Shown: positions 10,331 to 21,145, counted from the stretch's first letter. The stretch: DNA of 42,444 bases from Stramenopiles sp. TOSAG23-3 (GCA_900128585.1 LT642176.1:1-42444); one strand, 5' to 3'. A program made the numbers and translations. Notes: a model not told the origin generated them from the sequence alone.

Positions 10331-11138
10331 GGTAATGCTTTTAACATTATTACGAATCAATTCGTGAAGTATAATACTGTATAATTGAAAATTAATTATG
10401 CTGTAAAACAAAATATTATTTATTTGTATCCTATATACTTAGTTTTAAGTTTTTAAAGAAGATCTTCTAGATTCTAGACTGAGAAATATATTATATAGAA
10501 TACATAAATACTTATACTTAAAGAGAAATATTTCATAGAAAGACGCTTCTACATGATGTCGTGTGTTGTTGTTGAAAGTGGTCATATTTTTAAAAACAGT
10601 TTTTTTTAGTTCATTTATATAAATAGCTAATTTAAACTTATTTTAAAAAACAAAATATACTTATTTTAATATACCACCAAGTAATATACTCGAATGATGT
10701 GGATGGTTGCAAAACGAAAAGAGAAAACAAAAGGTTGTAGAGTTGATGACTGTACATAATTTATTCCCCTCAAAAACATACAGAATAAATAGTTATCTTG
10801 AGAAGAATGCTTTGCCCCTTCGTACCCATGGAGGATCCAAGTCAATCAAACCCACGCTCCATGCCCACCCACTGTAGCAGTGTCCACAACACCTATTGTC
10901 ATCGGCATTGAATGGCAACTTTCGAACGCCATCGTTCCAAACGCTTTGGGCATATACCATCGAACTCTTTCAAAGTTCCGCCCTTGCCGTTGCCGAAAAA
11001 TTAGAATCATTTTGCACGATAGATGACGTTCGAGCCTTCTCTGTTCTTTTCAACATTTGTCTATGCCCTCGCACCAATATACTAGTCCTGTTGATTGGCA
11101 CATTGTTGGGCCCTATTCCGAGCACGCATCACAATAAA

Positions 11139-11336
11139 TCAATGATGTTTATGGCCCTCATCCTCTTCCTGCAGCAGAAAACAAAGTGCTACTAAAATAA
11201 TAACTGCTGCGCTGATTGAGATAGCATCCAACAGTGGCGAAAGTGGCAACCCACCGACACCAACGTCTTTTGCCCTGACCCCTTCAATCGCCGCACACAC
11301 TAGACAAATGGCCAATAGAATCTTCGGCATATACAT
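11139..11336 (-). CDS. Small single-pass membrane protein (63-65 aa) with signal peptide
   Basis: Hydrophobic signal-like N-terminus (KILLAICLVCAAIEGVRA), second hydrophobic helix (ISISAAVIILVALCFLL), acidic/His tail. Lies in a GC island with a TTC tract upstream, as for neighbouring genes. Confidence 0.6.
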   Translation of the reverse strand: MYMPKILLAICLVCAAIEGVRAKDVGVGGLPLSPLLDAISISAAVIILVALCFLLQEEDEGHKHH

Positions 11337-11555
11337 TTTATTATTGCTAGCAAACTTTCAGCAGCAAGAACGTTTCAGGTAATTAGTTGATATACTTTAT
11401 AATTGTTCCGCTTCTGTTGTTTCACAGAGTAAAACAATCCACAATCATAAAGCTTTTGTAAGCATCAATTATACTCCAATCCATTTGTATCTTCAATTTA
11501 TAACCTATATTAATTTTGACAGTTTGTTTCAAGTTTCCTACAAGCTCACCACCAC

Positions 11556-11610
11556 TTCTTCTCTTCTTCTTCTTCTCTTCTTCTTCTTTCTTCTTCTTCT
11601 TTCTTCTTCT
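11556..11610. repeat. (TTC)n tract
   Basis: Directly visible. Confidence 0.9.
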
Positions 11611-12412
11611 TATTATAAATAATATTTTTTATATAAAAAAAAAACGACCAAAATATGTAACACTCAATAGCTATAGATATATATAACAAGCAACACAATG
11701 GGGAGAATGAATATTTTAATTATTATTTTATTATTTTATCTAAATATAGAATAAATAGTAAGCAAGCCCTTCATCCACCACTAATTACATGTTGCTTCTA
11801 TATACACCTCTATGACAAGAAATGTGGGATAAGAACTAACAATTAAGGTGACTATCTTTCAAATCCCATATTTATATCGTGAATCTTAATTTTAATAATT
11901 ATATTTCAATGATTAATGTTTTACTTATCCTAAAGATATCCTTAATAATATATATATTTTTTTTTACTACTACGTATCGTAGGTTATCACCAATTAATTA
12001 ATTATACCCAGATGTTACGTATTATATAGTACTATCTATATTTTTGTACATTTATTCCATTTGGACCAGCTGTTGTTGCTGTTGGACCAGCTGTTCCGTT
12101 CCAGTGCTGTTGTCGTGTTAATAATCTACACTCCTTAGTCCATTTCCATTGTCTTTATCGTTCGTAATTGTATGGACAACAAGACTACGGTAATATTATT
12201 TCCTAACTACCACCTACCTTTCTTCTCCCCTCCTTTTTTTTTTCTTTCTAAAATAAATAATTAGTTACAGTTTTAATAATACTTTACAACACACAACAAA
12301 ATAGCCACCATTACAAACAGTAGGTGCCTGCAGGTCCTCTTTGAAGAAGAAATAAGTTCCTTTCCAACAGACGCATGGACATTTTATCTGTAGCGCACGG
12401 CCAGATCGCAAT

Positions 12413-13903
12413 CTAAAACAGCGCACTGCCTAACGTCACCTGCCTTCGTCGTTTATGATCAGTCGCCGCCGTGCTTTTCGCCGCTTCTGCCTTTTCGTCG
12501 TCCGACTGGGAATCGCCACGCTTACTGCACGACGCCGCGCATCCCCCCCCCTCTTCGCTGTTCCCGCTATCCGTCCGTTTTCGCTTTGACCCATTGATCA
12601 AAAAGTTGACCGTGTTTATGATGCAGGTGCGCTGTTGGCAATGGTTGAACCATTCGCGAGTGTCCTTGAACTTTTGTTTACATGCAAAGCAGCTCAACTT
12701 GTCTCCGACCGCGCCGCTCTTCGCCCAATCGCCAGGCTTCACCACTCTCGCCGCGATGGGGCACTCTGCCAAGTGCTTCTGGAACTCCGGGCTTCCTATC
12801 GCCTGCATCTGCCCCCGCGCGCCCCAATTCAGCTTCAAGATTTCATCCTTCGTCAACGTCTCGTTGATGGCCGAGCTGGCAAACTCCCCGTCTTCGCCCT
12901 TCCCACAGAAGGGGCAGACGCATAACTTCGGGCGAATGCATTGGACAACAATGTAAAACATATCCGTAGAAGATTTCGGTTCAATTGGGTTGCCATGCAA
13001 ATCGCACAAAAATGGGTAAGGGGAGCACTTAAGGAGGTAGCGATTGTTGGAGGGCGAAATAAACCACGCCTGCGACGCGATGTTCGTGCGAAGGAACTCT
13101 ATCGACTCCGCGTCCTTGCCCGGAATGGGGGGCGGGTACTCGAACGTCGCGCTGTCGTGCTTGTCGACCAACCGGCAGCTCTCGAGGCTCCCGATGAATC
13201 CGTTGCATGTGTACGGCAAAACCCCGCGGCCCGAGGACCCGCTGTGCCCCATCATTTCTATTTGGCAGCTCTTTATGAACTTGTTGGTACACGCAAGGGC
13301 CTCCTTCCGCTGCAGGGCCGAGTCTCCGCTACTATTATGTAAACTGAGGGCCGACAGCGGGGCGAGGCCAAAACTGTCTAACTCCCCCGTCTCCACGATT
13401 TCCGAGTACAGCACAAAGTACCGGGCGTACTTCATGTACGGGAACGCACCAATGCGCACGGCGCCTTCTGGTATGACTTCGAAAAAGAGGAACCGTGACC
13501 TCATCTTGTCCCCAGTGCCCTCCAGATTGTACGCGGGGTATTCCGCGTACTCCTTGATGCCCAAGCGTATCTGCACCAGGTCCGCAATCAGCTTGGCGCT
13601 GCAGTACACCCCTGAGACCATGTGCGGCTGCTCCACGTCCCCGTACCTAGACACGCTGTAGTCGCTCCGCGCGACTCTCTGGCAAGTGTATATATCGAAC
13701 AAGGCAAAAATGGGCGGGTGCTCTACGTTCGGCATTGTCTCAGAAAAGTGCTGGTACATTTGCGACTCCACTTCCGCTTCGTAGTCCCGCCGTCGTTCCT
13801 GAGCTTCCGCAGAAACGCTAAACAGCCTCCGAACGTGGGAGAACAGTTGTCCAACCCAGCTTGGGGCAGACTTGTCATCCTCCTGCTCCTCTCCACAATC
13901 CAT
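12413..13903 (-). CDS. Hypothetical protein with C-terminal C2HC-type zinc-finger motifs
   Basis: 496-aa GC-rich ORF. CPFC...HLAEC and CFAC-x12-H-x5-C. Basic NLS-like SKRKR and KRRR. Confidence 0.75.
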   Translation of the reverse strand: MDCGEEQEDDKSAPSWVGQLFSHVRRLFSVSAEAQERRRDYEAEVESQMYQHFSETMPNVEHPPIFALFDIYTCQRVARSDYSVSRYGDVEQPHMVSGVYCSAKLIADLVQIRLGIKEYAEYPAYNLEGTGDKMRSRFLFFEVIPEGAVRIGAFPYMKYARYFVLYSEIVETGELDSFGLAPLSALSLHNSSGDSALQRKEALACTNKFIKSCQIEMMGHSGSSGRGVLPYTCNGFIGSLESCRLVDKHDSATFEYPPPIPGKDAESIEFLRTNIASQAWFISPSNNRYLLKCSPYPFLCDLHGNPIEPKSSTDMFYIVVQCIRPKLCVCPFCGKGEDGEFASSAINETLTKDEILKLNWGARGQMQAIGSPEFQKHLAECPIAARVVKPGDWAKSGAVGDKLSCFACKQKFKDTREWFNHCQQRTCIINTVNFLINGSKRKRTDSGNSEEGGGCAASCSKRGDSQSDDEKAEAAKSTAATDHKRRRQVTLGSALF

Positions 13904-15015
13904 GGTCTGCCGACGGATCTCAATAATTTAATGTTGTGGTTTCGCGCCGTACGTTATGCGCAACAGCCCCCTTCCACCTCGGCGTCGTAAGTCGCACCCA
14001 GTTTTAGCCGCCGAGCAACCGTGGCGTCCAAGAACAGTTCCTCGTTCTTAAACTGCGTTTCGTAGTATTGGTGGTGGCAGTAGTATGATGTACAACAGGT
14101 ATAAAACCAGGAGGAGGAAGTTGTTAATTATTAATTAATAATTCTTTTTTTATTTTATTTTTTCGTCGTAAAGTTGTATATTAAGGGTGTAATAATATGA
14201 TGTATTAAATATAGTATGATGATTTTATATATATTCAAATTGAAGTTATACCATATTTACAAGATGTTTTTTTAGATATAATAATTTATATATACCTTAA
14301 TTATCAATTCTGAAACATGTGACGCATGTGCGGATTAATTCGGCCTTTTTCTTTTTTGAGGTGCATTTGGTATTATTATTGTAATTAGAAAGGAGGCGTT
14401 ATTGTACACTCGTTTTATTTTAGAAAGTACACAGTATTAGTATCACTCGAGACTGTGCCCCGCTTTTTGTCTCTTTTGTTTCATTTGTTTCATTTGTTTA
14501 AAAACGAAGGACTATTGAATTTCATTCAATAGCTTATATTAAGGTTACTATAAATCAATTACTTTTATTAATGCATTTATATCCTTTACAAAAAAAAAAA
14601 AAAAACAATTAAGTTCAAACGGAATAAAGAGTATTATTCCTTATTTACAAAACAGTTAATAATAAAGGGTCAACAGCACCATTACTATACCAATGTAATA
14701 AATAAAAAGAAGAAGGAGAGGAGGAGGAGGAGAAGAAGAAGAAAATAATAATTGTTGAATTATTGAAATTGAAATTGAAATTGAAATTTCAAAAGGATTT
14801 ATAAAGATAGAAAGATAGAAAGAGACAAAGTAAAGTTATCTAAGAGTATTTCATTTGATTAGGCAATTCGGTAGGATAAACGGATTTTACCCAATTTCTC
14901 TCTTCTCCCCCCGGTGTATGTACCCGTGTCTGCGCACAACACACCAAAAAAGCGAGTCTCACCCTTTGTTCACTTTTGTACATAGCGGGGTACAGCCCGA
15001 GACGGTCTGACTGCG

Positions 15016-17028
15016 ATGCCGTCCCAAAAGAAAAAACAGTCTCTTTTATTGTCTTATTTCAAACCCCCAACCGGATCGGATTCTTCAGCCCCTGGTGTAG
15101 TTCCAACCCCGAAAAAGAACAATTGTGCACTGACTTTCGGAACCCAAACGTCGCCGGACGACGTCGCTTCGTTCCATGCGAAGTTGGAGGACAAGGACGA
15201 CATGCCGAGGTCTATGCCCGAAAAGGGAGGTAATAAAACCGAAGTATCAAGCGTAATACAGGGCAACAGCATTCACGCAGACGAAAGCACACCCTCCACC
15301 CCCAAGCGCAAGGGCATGCACCATGGCGAACAAGCAAAGGGTGTGCACAGGGGGGCAAGCGTTCAGCCGAGCACCGATTCGTCTTTGCCAGAAACTGACC
15401 CGGTCGGAACAGGCACGGCGCAGCCGCGCCCCGCCAGTGGCGCAGCAAAAGAAACAACCGGCGAGGAACTGAGTGAATACGAAAAAGAAAGGCTTGTAAA
15501 TATAGCTCGAAACAAAGAATTCTTGCGGAGTCTGGGGCTAGACGGGGCTGTGAAGAAGATGGCGTCGGATGGGCGGGCGGAAAAGGCGCAGAAGCGGCGC
15601 CTTCAGCGAAAGCCGGGTACGAAGAAGAAGCGAAAGTCCGCCGCCGCACCAGCGGTGCCAGTTCGGAGGTCTACGCGGAACCGCAGCAAACCCTTGCCAA
15701 TTTACAATGCAGACGACGCGAGTGATGATGGATCAAAGCGTGGTGCGTCGGCGCTGAATGTGTTCGCAGGAAGTGTGTACAACCCCCCCACGCCCGTCGC
15801 CACGGAAGCCATGCTGCCGTTCGACGATTCTGGTATTTTTGCGTACGACACGGGTGGTGCACCTGCCGACGATCCCAGCGGCAGCCCAGGGACGCCCTCA
15901 GGGTCAATTGAGTTTATAGACCCCAAGACGGTGCCTATCGGCGCCACCATAACGCAGCTGAAAGACTTGCACGTTGGCAGGAGCCCATACTTTTGCGACC
16001 CTAGTTTGAAGAAAGTGTACTCGATTTCGTTCAAGAAAAACGGTCCCCCGGACGTCTTCGTGGCCGGGGGCCATGGTGGCCGCATTGCCGTGTTTGGGAC
16101 GAAGGATTTGGCCCACCCAGAGAACGACGAGGGGGAGGACGGCGGGCCGCCCGGCCCGTTGCTTTCGTTCAAGGGCCACTCTGGTTGGATATCGACGGTC
16201 CAGTTTATCGGCGAAAACAACTTTTCAAACCAAGCGAGCAGCAATATCTTGATGACGGCCTCAAACGACGCGGTGGTGACCCTTTGGGACCTGCGCAAGC
16301 AGCTGGCCACGGATCGCGCCCGAGACGTTCGGCCGTTGAAATTAACCAGTAAGAACGACTTGCACGCCAACGGCATCTTTTGTGCCCATGAAAAGAAAGG
16401 GAAGCTAGTGACTGCGAGCAAAGACAAGAGCGTTTGCTTTTCTGAGATATCGTCAACGGAGGGCGGATTGATCCGGTCGATCCGGGAGCTTAACTTTCAT
16501 ACCAGCGTGGTGAAGTGCGCGAAGCTGCGGGACGAGCACGTGCTGGCATCGTGCGGGAACGACCTTAGCGTTTGCGTGTTTGATGTTCGTACCCCCACTG
16601 GCCATTCCATGCACGTGGATGGCGCGCACGATTTTGCGGGAAACAGCCTGGATTGGCACCCCACGGACGAAAACATGCTGATATCGGCTTGTTTTGGGAA
16701 CACCATACGGGTGTGGGATTTGAGAAAATTTACAGACCCTGTTCGCTTGCTGAAGGGGCACGCCCAGCTGTACGATGGCCAGCGCGGGGGCATTTACCAC
16801 CCTTGCTTTATCAACCGTGGCAAAAACGTTTTAACGACTGGGGCGAAGTGCGATAGTTTAAGCCTTTTTGATTTTGCAACGGGGGAATTGAGGAGTAAGG
16901 GAAGTCTGGATATTGGAGAGGCCACGACAGTTGCCCCCAGCGACGAGCTGGGGACCTTGATTGCAGCTGCACGGGGAGGAAAGATAGTCCTGCTCCAGCC
17001 GGATTTTGCAGAGCAGGGAACCGATTAG
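15016..17028 (+). CDS. WD40-repeat protein, WDR76/Cmr1-like, with N-terminal PIP-box
   Basis: LSEYEKERLVNIARNKEFLRSLGL and VRRSTR motifs as in WDR76/Cmr1 N-termini. WD repeats GHSGWIS..TLWDL, FHTSVV..VFDV, AHDF..RVWDL. Confidence 0.8.
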   Translation: MPSQKKKQSLLLSYFKPPTGSDSSAPGVVPTPKKNNCALTFGTQTSPDDVASFHAKLEDKDDMPRSMPEKGGNKTEVSSVIQGNSIHADESTPSTPKRKGMHHGEQAKGVHRGASVQPSTDSSLPETDPVGTGTAQPRPASGAAKETTGEELSEYEKERLVNIARNKEFLRSLGLDGAVKKMASDGRAEKAQKRRLQRKPGTKKKRKSAAAPAVPVRRSTRNRSKPLPIYNADDASDDGSKRGASALNVFAGSVYNPPTPVATEAMLPFDDSGIFAYDTGGAPADDPSGSPGTPSGSIEFIDPKTVPIGATITQLKDLHVGRSPYFCDPSLKKVYSISFKKNGPPDVFVAGGHGGRIAVFGTKDLAHPENDEGEDGGPPGPLLSFKGHSGWISTVQFIGENNFSNQASSNILMTASNDAVVTLWDLRKQLATDRARDVRPLKLTSKNDLHANGIFCAHEKKGKLVTASKDKSVCFSEISSTEGGLIRSIRELNFHTSVVKCAKLRDEHVLASCGNDLSVCVFDVRTPTGHSMHVDGAHDFAGNSLDWHPTDENMLISACFGNTIRVWDLRKFTDPVRLLKGHAQLYDGQRGGIYHPCFINRGKNVLTTGAKCDSLSLFDFATGELRSKGSLDIGEATTVAPSDELGTLIAAARGGKIVLLQPDFAEQGTD

Positions 17029-17297
17029 GCAGGGGCGTAGAAATGCAATTGTGTGTAGTATGGGGTGTGAAATTTCTCTTTGCAAAATTTTGAGATTAGG
17101 AATAGGAGAAACAGAAATGCGAGAGTAAGCACGCACGAATAGTCCTAGCCGTAAACGTTTAACTAAAGAGTTTTTTGTAGATTTTAGTGGTGAGACTTAA
17201 TAAAAACGATAACCAATGGTGTAGGGCTGCCCCACCACCTTTCCGGCCGACACCCCGGCGCAGGCAACCGGCCCAATACGCCTTTGTCAGGTCGGGT

Positions 17298-17708
17298 CTA
17301 CGCTAAAATGCCAGTCTGCTGGCCGCCGCCTCCCCCGTAGGCTTGCGTCGCCCCAGCGCCCGCCTGCCCGGTCAAATTGTATTTCTTTTTCAATTCACTC
17401 AACTCTTTTTCTTTATCAACAACACGGTCACTCAAAGCTAAAATAAGTTTGTTCAGCTGCTCCTTCTGTTCAGTTACGGCTGGTAGAACTTCCCCAGCTG
17501 TCTTCTCAACAAGTACTCCACCTATCAACCGAAATGCGCGCCTGCTCGATTCCACAGGTTCCAGCGTCTTTATGACACGCATATGCTCTTGCATCTCATT
17601 GTCAAGCTCAGATACTTTACTCCTGAGCTGCGAAATTTCCTTCTGAAGGTTGGTTACTTGCCTCATTACGTCCTGGGAGCCTCCTTGTGCTGCTGCTACC
17701 GCTGCCAT
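17298..17708 (-). CDS. PFDN2: Prefoldin subunit 2
   Basis: EHMRVIKTLEPVESSRRAFRLIGGVLVEKTAGEVLPAV between two coiled coils. Confidence 0.93.
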   Translation of the reverse strand: MAAVAAAQGGSQDVMRQVTNLQKEISQLRSKVSELDNEMQEHMRVIKTLEPVESSRRAFRLIGGVLVEKTAGEVLPAVTEQKEQLNKLILALSDRVVDKEKELSELKKKYNLTGQAGAGATQAYGGGGGQQTGILA

Positions 17709-18884
17709 TGTTGAAACGTGTGTTTGTGTATAATGAAAGTGCGTGTACTATAAACAATCGCGAGATGACAGTATATGTGTGTGTGTGTGCGATGTATGTA
17801 TGTTTTTTATGAAAGAGATAGTACACACACATGTTTAACTGTTACTGCTTATGCTTCATACATTAATAATTAATTGTTACCTACCTACCAACCACCAACC
17901 CCCAATTTTTTAAAAATAAAATATAATAATAATAAAAATATAATTAATTATTCAATTCTTCTTCTTTTAATTATTAAATAAATAATATTAACTACCGCGT
18001 AGTAGTAAGTATTCATTCTTTTATTATACGGTATAAATATTATAGATGCCAAGAAGAAGAAGAAAGAAGAAGAGAAGAAGAAAGAAGATGATGATGGATG
18101 ATTAATCTTTTTTTTCTTCTTCTTCTTCTTTTAAAAACTAATTTTAAAGCTCTCTTTTTTTAGTTATTTACTACAGTATTTATTTTTTATTTCTATCTTT
18201 TCATTCTTCTTCAGTATTATATTCATTCAGCACAGCAGCAGCCGCCACACCAATAGTTTTATTTATTTTAATTATTTTAATTATTATACATGAATATAAG
18301 AAGGATGGAAGAAAGAGAGAGGAGAGAGAGAAGAAATAATAACTACTAATAATAATAAGCAACGAGAGCCAAATAAAAAAAAATAATAAAATGAAAAATA
18401 ATAATACACATAATGCTAGTCTGTCTAGTCCTATTTCTATTTTAAAATGTTTATTGGTATTTATTATTATTTATTACGTATTATTTCACTGGAATATCTA
18501 CGTATTTATTTACTGTTGACACAGCATTTGATTTTGAATTCTTTTTTTTTTCTTCTTCTTTTTGAAAAAAAAAAAAAATCGTCGATTATTTCTAGCTTTC
18601 CTATCAAATTATTATAAATATTATATATTATTTACACTATATTTAGTATACGTAATATTTATTATAAGTATAATTTATTATATATAATTTATCGTAACAC
18701 TACAATACATTGTAATTACTTTTTTTTCCTTCCCAAAAGTTTTGCTCCATCCACCAATTTATATAGTACTACTATATAAAATACTTTGGTTTCAACTAAA
18801 ATTATTTTGAATTATTCCTGTAGACTATTATTAGCCTACCTAATTATAAATAAAATGTATCAAAAAACGTACAGCAAAATACCT

Positions 18885-18939
18885 TTCTATTTCTTCTATA
18901 TTGAGCTGGGCTGAGCTGGCTCATATAGAAGAAATAGAA
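18885..18939. repeat. Inverted repeat / hairpin (21-bp stem, one bulge)
   Basis: TTCTATTTCTTCTATA(T)TGAGC ... GCTCATATAGAAGAAATAGAA. Confidence 0.85.
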
Positions 18940-19461
18940 CTTCGGGAGAGGTACTTTTTTAAGTAGGCCTTCGATCGGTACTCTAAGCGTGTACTTAGGG
19001 AGAGGTACTTGGGCTGGGCTCCTTGGGCTGGGCTCATATTATATAGGTATACTAAATAATAGGGGAATACTATACGTATTTTATTATTATTGTGTTTTAT
19101 TGGATAAATAAAGCTATAATAGAGACTTCTTCTTATAATTTCATCTCGTCCTGATCTTCTGTGGTATTACGTGGTGGTGGTTTAATGTTTCGTTTTGTGT
19201 TGTTGAATTGAGTATTATTTATTATCATTATAGACTTATATACCTAACCGTCGAAATGTTCAAGTTGAGTTAGTTGTACATACTTTATAAAAATGGAGAG
19301 AGATAGTCGTACAAGAATTGTGTAATGATTAACAGCGTTTTGTAGAATTATTTTATCGATAAAATACCGACACGACAAGCAAATTTGCAACTATTTAAAT
19401 AGGTTTATATTTTCAAGTATACCTGTATACCCTCTAAACAAGTTCGTACAGACAGACAGAA

Positions 19462-19800
19462 ATGCCTCCTAAGTTTGACTTTGGCAGCGTGAAACTCAAG
19501 AAAGTTGAAACGCAAGAATCTTCTGGCGCAGCCCAGAAGACAGACATTAGTATTTACGCGGAAATCTACGAGGAGTGCAATGGTGATTTCGATTTGATTG
19601 CATCCAAGCTCTCGAAAGGGAAAGAGCCTGTGCGTTGGAAACAAGGCATCGGCAGCCATAGCGCCACCGACGGGGAGGACTTTGCAAAGAAAATTTTAGC
19701 GGGAAGCCTTTTGGCAAGCGAGCGTGAGGGCGGGGACCGGGCGGGCATCATGACAGAGGGGACGAAGACTAGCGACGCAGGCGGGAAAAGCCACAAGTGA
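19462..19800 (+). CDS. Small protein with N-terminal WH2/beta-thymosin-like actin-binding motif
   Basis: 112-aa ORF in a GC island. FDFGSVKLKKVETQE resembles thymosin-beta FDKSKLKKTETQE. Confidence 0.7.
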   Translation: MPPKFDFGSVKLKKVETQESSGAAQKTDISIYAEIYEECNGDFDLIASKLSKGKEPVRWKQGIGSHSATDGEDFAKKILAGSLLASEREGGDRAGIMTEGTKTSDAGGKSHK

Positions 19801-19897
19801 TTAGCTCCTTTAAGCCAACAAATAGCAAACATTGTTTTGTAAATTTCCCAGCAAAGGGGATAAATCAAATTGATAAAAGGAGTAAATTTAATTACTT

Positions 19898-19924
19898 AAA
19901 TAACAGCCAATTTTCTTGTTTTTA
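19898..19924. repeat. Dispersed motif AAATAACAGCCAATTTTCTTGTTTTTA, copy 1
   Basis: Near-identical copies at 23111-23136 and 30579-30607. This copy is bracketed by the direct repeat TAAAAGGAGTAAA (19874-19886, 19923-19935). Confidence 0.85.
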
Positions 19925-20113
19925 AAAGGAGTAAACATTCAAAAAAAATAAACTTAATTCGTATGATACTTATTTGATTAGGTTTCTTTAAAAAATGTTA
20001 CCGCGTAATACACGGGTTGCTGGTGATACTTGCTACTACTACTCTCGTTCATTCGTAAACTTTTAAAGTTAGAAAGTGTTGTGGTGAATTGGCATTTACT
20101 CAATCTACTGTGT

Positions 20114-20827
20114 TCATTTTGATTTCTTTTCCTTCTCCGTGGTGGAGCACAGAAAATAGTAAAGTTGGAAACATACCGTTGTGACAAAATATCCGGTCCT
20201 TAAATAGTACCCCAACGCATCCTCAGCAAGCATCCAGTTCAACACGTACCTTTGCAAAACATCCCCCATTAACAAGCTTACAAAAATGTCATACGGGTAG
20301 TGCAGTCCTCTGTATATTCTCGAGATCGCAATCATTCCCAAGAGCGACACGTACAGAAACAGCGGCAGTCCCCAGTACCGAAATATTAAACCATAAATTA
20401 ATGAAACACTCATCATACTCTGTGACGGAAAAGAGTACGAGTTTTTCTTTTTTTTGTCCGCTTGCACGGCCTCAAAAGTTTCGAAGGGCCGTGGGATTCT
20501 TAATACGATTTTAATCGAGTGAAGGGCTAGCCTAGAGACACAGAGCAAACAAAAAATCGCAACGCCTAGACGTGCGCCGCTAATAAGGTGGCGAAGCACC
20601 ACCGCACTTGTCAAGGGCTTTCCTACCGCCACGGTGCCGCTGTACACTGCCTTTAATATCGTCACGGCAGAAAAAATGAATGAAGCCCGGTACAATTGCG
20701 TTTCATTTGTAATAAATTTCGTATAGTACACGTGATATTTTCGTTCCAACGGATGGCCAACAACGCGTTGCAAAGACACGATAGCCGCTGCTTGGACAGA
20801 CAGAAACCAACGAAACGCCGCAGACAT
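20114..20827 (-). CDS. PAP2-superfamily membrane phosphatase-like protein
   Basis: C1 KIVLRIPRP, C2-like SFPSQS, C3 SRIYRGLHYPYD, several TM segments. First ATG at 20827. Confidence 0.85.
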   Translation of the reverse strand: MSAAFRWFLSVQAAAIVSLQRVVGHPLERKYHVYYTKFITNETQLYRASFIFSAVTILKAVYSGTVAVGKPLTSAVVLRHLISGARLGVAIFCLLCVSRLALHSIKIVLRIPRPFETFEAVQADKKKKNSYSFPSQSMMSVSLIYGLIFRYWGLPLFLYVSLLGMIAISRIYRGLHYPYDIFVSLLMGDVLQRYVLNWMLAEDALGYYLRTGYFVTTVCFQLYYFLCSTTEKEKKSK

Positions 20828-21145
20828 CGCAAGCCGTAAACAAACAACAACCCCGCACAGATCTTCCGTGCACACCCTTGTTAAACTCGTTCAACCAGGA
20901 AGTACAATGCGTTTAAACCAACTTTCTTACAGAAGCATCTACCGTCTTCTTCGCAACCCACGTTCGGTTTTGATGCATTTAAATGGCACGAAGTATACGC
21001 ACGAACTGTGTGCTGTGCTTACAATATAAGGAGAAATATGTTGTGGTGGTGGAACGACGACCGCGTCGTGTCTTCTAATAATAATAAATAAAATTATTAA
21101 TAATAAAAAAATAATAATAATAAAAAAACAATAAAAAAACACAAA

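Noticed and set aside
10102..10411. Poly-Lys/Glu/Arg ORFs (also 20939-21308, 21379-21588, 24541-24765, 27877-28218, 7421-7735)
   Set aside because: They are translations of GAA/TTC microsatellites and AT-rich low-complexity DNA, not genes.
10795..11170. Minus-strand frame interrupted only by two TGA codons (possible selenoprotein or readthrough)
   Set aside because: No recognisable selenoprotein motif and no convincing SECIS by eye. TGA is a normal stop in other genes here (ORC1, GH27, KIN17).
18901..19035. GAGCT/GGGCT pentamers resembling immunoglobulin switch repeats
   Set aside because: Only a few units in a protist-like genome; the resemblance is coincidental.
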